A stretch of 64,000 nt of DNA from Peptococcia bacterium (GTDB lineage: Bacteria > Bacillota > Peptococcia > Peptococcales > SKKY01), in contig OZ245787.1 in the NCBI GenBank assembly GCA_965228015.1, forward strand, positions 1,588,023-1,652,022, in the 5' to 3' direction. Made by a program: the position numbers and the translations under genes. This document shows positions 49,645-58,145 of this stretch, piece after piece. Numbering within the stretch: position 1 is the stretch's first letter; every line of letters begins with the position of its first letter. The notes below the pieces were generated by a model. The model made no database searches. It was not told where the DNA came from and saw only the letters and a list, made by a program, of their open reading frames with translations.

Positions 49645-50721
49645 ATGTTTGACAGACTGGAAGCAATTGAAAAGAAATATGATGAACTGAATGAGTTGAT
49701 GAGCGACATAAACGTCATTAACAACCACAGCGAGCTGCAAAAATATGCCAGGGCCCAATCCGCCCTGTCCGATACAGTAAACGCTTACCGCGCATATAAA
49801 AAAGTAATCGAAAGCCTTCAAGAATCTAAAGAAATGCTTAAAGACAAACTGGATCCTGACATGAAGGAAATGGTGGAGATGGAAATCGAAGAGCTTGCCG
49901 AGAAGAAAAAAGTTCTCGAGGAAGAGTTGAAGATCCTTCTTCTCCCCAAAGATCCTAACGACGAGAAGAACGTTGTTATGGAAATCCGCGCCGGCGCCGG
50001 CGGCGACGAGGCTAGCCTCTTCGCCGCCCATGTTTTCCGCATGTACTCCCGTTACGCGGAAAACATGGGCTGGAAAGTTGAGATCCTGAACACCAGCTGG
50101 ACCGGCGTGGACGGAATCAAGGAAGTCAGCTTCCTCATCTCCGGCAACAAAGTTTACAGCTTCTTAAAATATGAAAGCGGCGTGCACAGAGTTCAACGTG
50201 TTCCCGACACAGAATCCCAGGGACGTATCCACACCTCCACAGCAACAGTTGCAGTTTTACCAGAAGCTGAAGATGTTGAAGTGAAAATCGAAGCCAACGA
50301 CATCCGCGTGGATGTGTTCTGCTCCAGCGGCCCGGGTGGACAATCTGTAAACACAACCCAGTCCGCAGTCCGCATCACCCACATTCCCACAGGCATCAGC
50401 GTATCCTGTCAGGATGAAAAATCTCAGCACAAAAACAAAGACAAAGCTATGAAAGTTCTTCGCGCCCGCCTTTTTGAAAAAGCTCAGGAAGAAGCCGCTG
50501 GAGAAATGGCCTCAGCCCGCAAGAGCCAGGTAGGCACAGGAGACCGCAGCGAGCGCATCCGCACCTATAACTATCCTCAAGGTAGAATGACGGATCACAG
50601 AATCGGCCTCACCCTCCACAAGCTGGACAACATCCTCCTTGGAGATCTTGATGAAGTAGTCAACGCCCTGATCACCTACGATCAGGCTGAAAAATTAAAG
50701 GACGCAGGTAAAAATGACTGA
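49645..50721 (+). CDS. prfA: Peptide chain release factor 1
   Basis: 358 aa; PEAEDVEV.., [14 protein letters not shown] motif. Confidence 0.95.
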   Translation: MFDRLEAIEKKYDELNELMSDINVINNHSELQKYARAQSALSDTVNAYRAYKKVIESLQESKEMLKDKLDPDMKEMVEMEIEELAEKKKVLEEELKILLLPKDPNDEKNVVMEIRAGAGGDEASLFAAHVFRMYSRYAENMGWKVEILNTSWTGVDGIKEVSFLISGNKVYSFLKYESGVHRVQRVPDTESQGRIHTSTATVAVLPEAEDVEVKIEANDIRVDVFCSSGPGGQSVNTTQSAVRITHIPTGISVSCQDEKSQHKNKDKAMKVLRARLFEKAQEEAAGEMASARKSQVGTGDRSERIRTYNYPQGRMTDHRIGLTLHKLDNILLGDLDEVVNALITYDQAEKLKDAGKND

Positions 50722-51715
50722 TAAAAAGGTTTCATCCATCCTCCGGGAAATTGGTGGCGACAACCAAGGCCTCACTCAGGATGAGATTAACGACCTCCGC
50801 TACATTCTGGCCCACATTTTGGACACAGAAAAAGCCCGACTTATACTTTACACGGACCGGGAGCTCACAGATAGTCAGTTTCAGCAATGGCAGGACGCCC
50901 GCATTAAGCTGATTCAGCAAAAAATCCCCGTTCACTACATTATAAATACAAAAAACTTTATGGGATTAGACTTTTTCGTCGACGAGAGGGTGTTGATCCC
51001 TCGTTTTGATACAGAAATTTTGGTGGAACAAGCCATGTTGGAGATAAAAAAGCTAAGGGATCTCGAAGAATTTTCTGAAGATTCCCTAGTCAGGGATATA
51101 GATAGGAAGATCAGAGTTCTAGAGCTTTGCACTGGAAGCGGTGCTATTCCAATAAGTTTGATTCATTACCTTGCAAATGATTCTGCCGACAAACCTATGC
51201 CGGGTATCCAAATTATGCCTTTAGAAATTACGGCTATAGACATCAGTCAAGATGCCCTTGATGTTGCAGATGTTAATAAGAAGAAACTTTTGTCTCCCGG
51301 GGAGCAAAAGCAGCTAAAGTTCATCCACAGCGATCTTTTTGAAAACGTCCCCCGACGGAACTCTCATCCGGAATCTCAATCGAGTCCGGATGAGAGTTTT
51401 TCTTCCGGCACTGGCTATCATCTAATTATCGCCAATCCCCCTTACGTGATTCACCAGGAGTACGAGGCTCTGGATGAAAAAGTAAAAAAAGAACCCTTCG
51501 GCGCTCTTGTCGCCGAAGAGGATGGACTTTTTTTCTACGAAAAAATCCTCTCCCAGGCCCGGGACTATCTACATCCGGACCAGGGTGTAATCCTATTCGA
51601 AATAGGAAGCCTGCAAGGCCCCGCCCTGCAGGCAATGACTGCCGCCAATGGCTACCAGGAGTGCACCATCATTCCCGACTACGCAGGGCACCCCCGGGTA
51701 GCCATAATACGCTGA
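50714..51715 (+). CDS. prmC: Release-factor glutamine N5-methyltransferase with an extra palindrome-encoded segment
   Basis: 333 aa; [13 protein letters not shown] motif, IIANPPYV catalytic motif; about 20 extra residues [20 protein letters not shown] just before NPPY. Confidence 0.85.
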   Translation: MTDKKVSSILREIGGDNQGLTQDEINDLRYILAHILDTEKARLILYTDRELTDSQFQQWQDARIKLIQQKIPVHYIINTKNFMGLDFFVDERVLIPRFDTEILVEQAMLEIKKLRDLEEFSEDSLVRDIDRKIRVLELCTGSGAIPISLIHYLANDSADKPMPGIQIMPLEITAIDISQDALDVADVNKKKLLSPGEQKQLKFIHSDLFENVPRRNSHPESQSSPDESFSSGTGYHLIIANPPYVIHQEYEALDEKVKKEPFGALVAEEDGLFFYEKILSQARDYLHPDQGVILFEIGSLQGPALQAMTAANGYQECTIIPDYAGHPRVAIIR

Positions 51716-51729
51716 TTCTGGGACGTTTC

Positions 51730-53460
51730 GAGACCAGTGAAAAAGTCTTTCTTTAAAAGAAGATTCTTCCCTTTTCAGCAAAATAAGACTATTTTTTTAA
51801 ATTCCAAATTTGATTTAAAAAATTGCACTCTAAAGAGGATAGTATTGATGCTATCCTCTTTATGTTTACCGCAATTGCTGCCAGCTTCGATTGAACAGAC
51901 ACACTTAAGAGACCATATCCTCTTGCACGACATAGTCCGTGAAATCTTTTTAGCTCGGCATTCTTGCCTTCAATGCTTGCTCTCTTCTTGTACTTTTCTT
52001 TAAACTCTTCCGTTTTTTGTTCTTAAGATATTTCATAATATTCTCCAGTATTTAAACCAGTTGTGAAAATTTCTCGTGCTTTTTTACCAGCACATTGATC
52101 ATGCTTTGGGCAATTTTTACACTGCTTTGCTTCAAAATAATAATTGTAATATCCATAGCCTAAAGAATAAAATGTTTCTTTCCTTTTAAAATATCTCTTT
52201 TTTACACTTATGTTTCCTTGGCTACATTCCCATTCGTCCGAATCTTTGTTGTATGAAAATCCATTTTCATCAATTCTGTAAGCTGACCCACTTGCTGGAA
52301 TAAAGGCTTTTGCTTTTAATTCCTTTATTGAATCTAAAATGTTTTTTCTGAAATAAGCTTTGTCTCCATATACTTCTTTTACAGAAACTCCTGCTTTTAT
52401 GGTCTCTTCAAGCATTTCCTCTGTTAAATCTCCATCAGTATATACCCCATCTCCGGTTCTAACGCAGGTAATTAATCTTTCTTCTGTAGTCATAATAAAT
52501 TCTGTTTTATAGCCAAAAAAGTCTTGGCTTTTACTTTTTCTGCCAACACGAGCATCTTCATCTATTAATGAACGTACTCCTTTTTGATTTATGAACTTGG
52601 GATCATTTAATATATTTTTAGCTTTTTCAATAATAGAATTGGTTTTGAGTAGCTCTGTATTTTTTCTGCTTCATAGATTACTTTTTCTAAGTAATCTATC
52701 ATTACTGCTTTTGCTTCTTTATGGTCTTCAATCTCCTTGTACTCTGGAACATCAGGAAGACCGGGTAGTTTTTCTTCTGTTTCTTCTTCATATGTATTTA
52801 TAATTTTTTAGCAAGATGTTTCGTTAATCTTTCCGGGGTTTTTATTGTATTGGCTTCTATATGTGTAGCACCAATACTTACACTATTTCCTTCAATAATT
52901 TTTTGTTCAACACATTGGCGAATAATTTCTGTAATAATTTCATCTAATGTGGAGTTTTGAAGTCTTTGGGTTCTGAATTTTGAGAGGAGACTTTTATCTG
53001 GGAGGGATTCTTCGGGATTGATTCCTAAAAAATACATATATGCTAAATTAAGTTCTGCTTCCTGTATAACCTTTTCGTCAGAAAGGTTATACAGGAAGCT
53101 GCAGGAAAAGAAGTTTACACATTAATTCTGGTTCTTTGGCTGGTCTGCCAAAAGTTTTGCAGTAGCTGTTTTTCCAATAATTTATTAATAAAGCTGAAAT
53201 TTACTACAGATTCTATTCTTTTTAATATATGATTTTCAGGTATTTTATTATATAATTGTAAATATAAAGAAATTTGCTTTGATTTTAATCTAAGCATAAA
53301 AAGCCCACCATTTTGGTTTATTTTGTTTTGGTAGATAAATTATACCATAAAAAGGTGGGCTTTTTTCTGTTTTCTTAGATATATCAACGCTTTCAGCTTT
53401 TTTAGTATAAAAATTTGTCCTTCACCTTTAACTTAAAGAAAGGCTTTTTCACTGGTCTCG
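51730..53460 (-). mobile_element. IS1182/IS5-like element, heavily degenerate
   Basis: IRs CGAGACCAGTGAAAAAGTCTTTCTTTAA / TTAAAGAAAGGCTTTTTCACTGGTCTCG. Flanks are inverted copies of a CGCTGATT..GGACG motif, so the true IRs may be longer. Confidence 0.65.
52023..53297 (-). pseudogene. IS1182-family (DUF772 N-terminal, DDE) transposase fragments
   Basis: Fragments 53115-53297 (..LYNKIPENHILKRIESVVNFSFI), 52798-53037, 52023-52493 (..YGDKAYF.., Cys-rich ..KQCKNCPKHDQC); the C-terminal part downstream is also broken. Confidence 0.65.
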
Positions 53461-53531
53461 GACGCTTCCAAAATCAGCGGGCTATCCACAGGGTAACTCT
53501 TGTGGATAGCCCGCACTAAATAGAACTGGTC
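53461..53531. repeat. DnaA-box palindromic repeat abutting IS copy E
   Basis: GACGCTTCCAAAATCAGCGGGCTATCCACAG ggtaactc TTGTGGATAGCCCGCACTAAATAGAAC; boxes at 53482-53490 and 53501-53509. Confidence 0.7.
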
Positions 53532-54829
53532 TGACCCCCAAAAATTACACAAAATTGGGACAGTAAGATATACTAATCTTGGGGGCTGATTTTAATGACA
53601 AAGAACTATTCCGATGAATTTAAACTCTCTGTAATTAAGGAATATTACGAAAGCAATCTTGGGGTAAGAAAGATTGCTGCAAAGTACAATTTATCTTCAA
53701 AAAATCTTGTTCTTAATTGGGAAAAACAATTAAAAGAAAAAGGACTTCTTCCAACAGAAGCTAAGAAAGATCCGGATAAGATAAAAATCAGATCAGATAA
53801 AATAGATTTTCCTGAGAAAACACAAAGAGAAATTGAATACGAAAAAGAAATAGAACATCTTTATGCTAAAATTGAATACTACGAACAATTAGAGCATTTA
53901 CAGCCCTTTATTTCTAAAAAAACAAAAGTCAGGGAGCTAAAGTACAGAGCTATATTTGCTTTGGAATTTAAATATACAGTAAAATTTCTTTGCGAAATTG
54001 CTGGAGTAAAAAGAAAAGCCTATTGCAATTTCAGAGACAAACCAATAAAAAAAGAAGATTCCATTGAGAAAATAATTATTCAAATATATAACAAATCAAA
54101 AGGAATTTTTGGTTACAGAAGAATAGGAAATGAGCTAAGAAATGCGTTTAAAATAGTTGTTAATCATAAAAAGATTCAAAGAATAATGCAGGAAAACAAT
54201 CTCAGATCCAGAATCAGAAGAAAAAAGAATAGGATTCAAGATGATAAACAATTCAAAGCCAATATATTAAACAGGGATTTTAAGGCAAGTCGCCCAGGAG
54301 AAAAAATAGCCACAGATATTACCTGTATTCCTTACAGAAACTCTAAGCTATATCTGTGTGTTGCCCTAGATCTGTTTAACAATAAACCGGTAAGCTGGGA
54401 ATACAGTAAGAATCCTGACAGCAAGCTGACTGTAAAAACTATTGAAAAACTTTCAAAAAAGATAGATATTAAGAATACTGTTATCCATAGTGATCAAGGT
54501 GTTCAATACACAAGCAAAGAATATTCCAGCTATTTAAAGTCTTTAGGAGCAGTTTAAAGTATGTCCAGAAGAGGAAATTGCTGGGATAATGCGAAGATTG
54601 AAAGTTTCTTTAGCCATTACAAAACAGAAAGTATTAATCTCTACAAGAAAAGAATCAAAAGTTTTAAAGATATAAAAGAAATTACTGAAGATTACATTAA
54701 ATTTTATATTAATGACAGGACGCAAAGAAGCCTTGGAGGTGTCCCTCCAAGGCTTCTATAAACAGATTTTTTCATTTAATTAATTTGGTGAAATTTACTG
54801 TCCCAGAAGTGTACCCTTTTTGGGGGTCA
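53532..54829 (+). mobile_element. IS3-family insertion sequence, dominant type, copy E
   Basis: Same IRs; identical ORF translations and the same nonsense codon as copy D. Confidence 0.85.
53595..54761 (+). pseudogene. IS3-family transposase with nonsense codon
   Basis: TAA at 54555-54557 in place of CAA; ORFs 53595-54557 and 54561-54761. Confidence 0.8.
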
Positions 54830-54922
54830 CACCAAAGCGTCCCCTCCGCTTTGCAAAAAATTTACATTAATTAATTTGCCTTGTATAGTCTTAATTGATA
54901 AAATATCCGAGTAAATTTAATT

Positions 54923-55879
54923 ATGAAAGAAGAGAAAAATTTGAACTTTAAAAACATTAAAAAAAGATATATTGTTCTTGCTTCAATTTTGTTCATCGCC
55001 CTGGTTATCAACTTCACACTCCTGGGCACATCTCAGCTTAGCGACAAAAAAATGAACAAGGATCAAACTGATCCAGCCCTCTCCCCTGAGGAGCAGGCGG
55101 TGAAAGAATTTGCCAACGCCGGGGTATTTGGAGAGTACGACGTTCTCCTTCTTGGAATCGACTCCCGCACAGAGCGTGGCCTGGAAGCAGAGATAACAGC
55201 AAAAAGTTACCGTACCGACACTATGATTCTGGCAACCTTGGACATTAAAAACAAAAAAGCAAAATTAATTTCCATTCCCAGGGACACGAAAGTTAAAGTA
55301 AAAGGAAACTACAACAAAATTAACGCTGCCTTCGTTTATGGGGGAATTGAGTTAGCAAAAGAAACAGTTGAAAATTTCGCCGGAGTCCGCATTGACCGCA
55401 CCATGGTCGTTGACTTCCAAAGCTTAGTAAAATTTGTCGACCTTCTTGGTGGCATTGAAATAGATGTTCCAGTTCGTATGTACCGCCCAACAGAAGAAAT
55501 TGACCTTCAGTCTGGCCTTCAGGTTCTAAACGGCCACGACGTCCTTGCCTATTCCCGTTATCGGGGAACCCCGGGTGGAGATATCGACCGTGCTGGCCGC
55601 CAGCAGGAGGTTATTCAGGCATTAATGAAGGAAATCATTTCAGTTAAAGGAGTATCCATGATCCCCAGTCTTTACAAGACAATGAAGGAAAACATGGTTA
55701 CAGATATTCCTTTAAAAGAGTTAATGACCCTGGGCAAGCTTGCCCCTCAGATTTTAAACAACGGTCTTGAAACAATGGTAGTTCCCGGCCGCAACGCCCT
55801 AATCGAAGGAATATGGTTCTGGGAAGCGGATAAAAAAGCTTTTTTAGAAATGCTCCAGGGTACAAATGAACCCCAGTAA
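54923..55879 (+). CDS. LytR-CpsA-Psr (LCP) family cell-wall polymer transferase
   Basis: 318 aa; N-terminal TM, GIDSR..RTDTMILATL..ISIPRDT..INAAFVYGG. Confidence 0.85.
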   Translation: MKEEKNLNFKNIKKRYIVLASILFIALVINFTLLGTSQLSDKKMNKDQTDPALSPEEQAVKEFANAGVFGEYDVLLLGIDSRTERGLEAEITAKSYRTDTMILATLDIKNKKAKLISIPRDTKVKVKGNYNKINAAFVYGGIELAKETVENFAGVRIDRTMVVDFQSLVKFVDLLGGIEIDVPVRMYRPTEEIDLQSGLQVLNGHDVLAYSRYRGTPGGDIDRAGRQQEVIQALMKEIISVKGVSMIPSLYKTMKENMVTDIPLKELMTLGKLAPQILNNGLETMVVPGRNALIEGIWFWEADKKAFLEMLQGTNEPQ

Positions 55880-55898
55880 ATAGAAAGCAGGTGCTGTT

Positions 55899-56981
55899 TT
55901 GTCTGATTTAAGCAGAATGGATCGCAGAAAAAAACCTCAAAAATCAACTGAGGAAAGAAACGCCATAATTGAAGAACTTGTCAGAGACAGAGAACCAGGG
56001 GCGCCACAAGCTCCTAAGCGGAAGCCTAAGCCAAAAAAATCCACAGTGGCTCGTAACGTAATTTTGTCCATCCTAGCTGTGTTAATCCTCTTCACAGCAT
56101 TTAAAGTATATAACTTCGTAAAATCACCACTAAACGAAGCTGAACCACCAGAAACCAAGCTGGAAGAACCAACAGAGCCAACAGCTCTAGCAGAGGATGA
56201 CGAGTTCGCCAAAAAGAGAGTCAATATTCTTGTTCTTGGCATAGATGAAAGAGAAGGAGAACCAGCTCGGGCGGATACAATTATTTTAGCCAGCCTTTTC
56301 CCTGAGGAAAGACAAGTTAAATTATTGTCCATACCCAGAGACACCCGACTCCTTATTCCAGGACACGGTAATGACAAAATTAATCACGCCCATGTTTACG
56401 GAGGCATCAAACTGGTTAAAAGCTCAGTGGAAGAATTTACAGGCATTCCTATAGACTATTGCGTAGAAACAAACTTCCAGGGCTTTATTAATATGATAGA
56501 TATGCTTGGAGGGGTTTCCCTTAACGTTGAGAAAAAAATGTATAAGCCATTAGAAAACATTGATCTGGAGCCAGGACTTCAAACCCTTAACGGTTACGAT
56601 TCCCTAGCTTATGTTCGTTACAGAGATGACGGTATGGGAGATATTGGCCGTATTGGCAGACAGCAAAACTTCATTAAAGTTCTTGCAGAAAACACAATCA
56701 GAACCAGTAATGTAACCAAGATTCCTGAGTTAGTGGATGAAATGAAAAAATATGTAAAAACTGATTTAAGTATTATGGATATGATTACCTATGCAACAAG
56801 ATTCGCAAAAATAGATCCCACAGATCTTGAAGGATATCAGGTACCTGGTTTCAGTGGTATGCAGAATGAAGTAAGCTACTGGATTCCAGACCTTAATGCT
56901 ACTAAAAAGATAGTGGACAAAATGAAAAGACCTACAGTAAAGGAAGTTGCTGATGGAGAAGGTACAAATACTGGGAATTAA
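55899..56981 (+). CDS. LCP family protein (second paralogue)
   Basis: 360 aa; basic N-terminus, TM, GIDEREGEPARADTIILASL..LSIPRDT..INHAHVYGG; start codon uncertain (TTG at 55899 or ATG at 55917). Confidence 0.8.
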   Translation: MSDLSRMDRRKKPQKSTEERNAIIEELVRDREPGAPQAPKRKPKPKKSTVARNVILSILAVLILFTAFKVYNFVKSPLNEAEPPETKLEEPTEPTALAEDDEFAKKRVNILVLGIDEREGEPARADTIILASLFPEERQVKLLSIPRDTRLLIPGHGNDKINHAHVYGGIKLVKSSVEEFTGIPIDYCVETNFQGFINMIDMLGGVSLNVEKKMYKPLENIDLEPGLQTLNGYDSLAYVRYRDDGMGDIGRIGRQQNFIKVLAENTIRTSNVTKIPELVDEMKKYVKTDLSIMDMITYATRFAKIDPTDLEGYQVPGFSGMQNEVSYWIPDLNATKKIVDKMKRPTVKEVADGEGTNTGN

Positions 56982-57696
56982 TATTGCCAAAGTTTCCTTT
57001 GATGAAGCAGTGGAAAATATTGCCCATTATATAGAAGAAAAAAATCCAGTGCAGATTGTTACCGCCAACGCAGAGATAGTTTATGCAGCCAGCCGGGAAC
57101 AAAAGCTAAAAGAAATCGTCAATAATAGTGTAATGGTCACTGCCGATGGTATCGGTGTTGTCCATGCAGCAAAAATAAAAGGGGAACCAGTCCCCTGCAA
57201 ACTTGCAGGAGTAGAGCTTACAGAGAAGCTTGTAGCCCTCTCCGGCCAAAGGAACTGGAGTATCTATTTTCTTGGAGGTGCTCCCGGAGTTCCGGAAAAC
57301 GCAAAGGAGAATCTTTTACAAAAGCATCCTGATGCAAACATCACAGGAACCTGTAACGGGTATTTCACCCAGGAAGATGAAGATGAGATTCTTCAGGACA
57401 TCATATTAAAGAAGCCGGACATTCTATTCGTTGCTCTGGGTTTTCCTAAACAGGAACAATGGATAGCAAAGCACAAAGACAATTTGAAAGTACCTGTTTC
57501 CATTGGAGTAGGGGGCAGCCTGGATATTTTTTCCGGGAATAAAAAAAGAGCACCCATCCTGGTGCAAAAACTAGGCATAGAATTTCTCTACAGATTCCTT
57601 CAGGAACCCAGTAGGTTCAAGAGATATCTCGCACTGCCAAAGTTTATTTTTGCATTTTTTTACATGATGTTTTTAAATTTCCTCCAAAGAGGGTAA
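56953..57696 (+). CDS. tagA: WecB/TagA/CpsF-family glycosyltransferase
   Basis: MEKVQILGINIAKVSFDEA..; YFLGGAPGV.., FVALGFPKQEQW; overlaps the LCP stop. Confidence 0.8.
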   Translation: MEKVQILGINIAKVSFDEAVENIAHYIEEKNPVQIVTANAEIVYAASREQKLKEIVNNSVMVTADGIGVVHAAKIKGEPVPCKLAGVELTEKLVALSGQRNWSIYFLGGAPGVPENAKENLLQKHPDANITGTCNGYFTQEDEDEILQDIILKKPDILFVALGFPKQEQWIAKHKDNLKVPVSIGVGGSLDIFSGNKKRAPILVQKLGIEFLYRFLQEPSRFKRYLALPKFIFAFFYMMFLNFLQRG

Positions 57697-57834
57697 ATTA
57701 AAAGCATAATACTCTTGATTTTTACTGAAATAATAGTAAAATTTATGTTTGAAGGATATTAAAGGGGCCACGCCCTTGGTATAAAAGCACCAAAGTTGGC
57801 ATAGCTATTCTTTTTACAGTAATTCCCTGAATTA

Positions 57835-57862
57835 TTGACAAAATGAGTATCTGTGCTAAAAT
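57835..57862 (+). promoter_or_regulatory. Putative strong promoter for the S-layer-like gene (about 280-nt leader)
   Basis: TTGACA (57835-57840), 16-nt spacer, TGcTAAAAT (hexamer 57857-57862). The leader contains hairpins AGCCC..GGGCT and TTGGCC..GGCCAA just before the AAGGAGGG RBS. Confidence 0.5.
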
Positions 57863-58145
57863 AGGTCAAGAACAAAATATCTCATCCTGACGTTTTTGAC
57901 CAGCCTCACTTATGATAGAAAATATTCGTCATGTTATATACTAACTGTTAATGGCGGGTAAGCGATTTACATTGATATATTGTGAATTTTCTTTTTCTTG
58001 AGAGGAGGGGATAGGCCACTACCAAGTGTAGCCTGGGGTTATCTACATAAGGCTGAGACAAAAGAAACCCGTAGTAAAGCACATTAAAAAAAGCCCACAA
58101 AGGGCTTGGCCAAAACGGCCAAATAATTTAAGGAGGGAATTTATT

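Noticed and set aside
49609-50396. Antisense ORFs (49609-50031, 49818-50042, 50135-50356, 50193-50396) opposite prfA
   Set aside because: prfA is unambiguous (GGQ motif, full length). The antisense frames reflect the locally higher GC content.
22818-54829. The repeated 1.3-kb units and their flanking hairpins as a CRISPR-like or other periodic array
   Set aside because: The units are full IS elements with transposase ORFs and terminal inverted repeats. Their spacing is irregular and the intervening DNA is housekeeping genes.
55937-56377. 146-aa minus-strand ORF
   Set aside because: It is antisense to the second LCP gene, is Ser/Arg-rich low complexity and has no start context.
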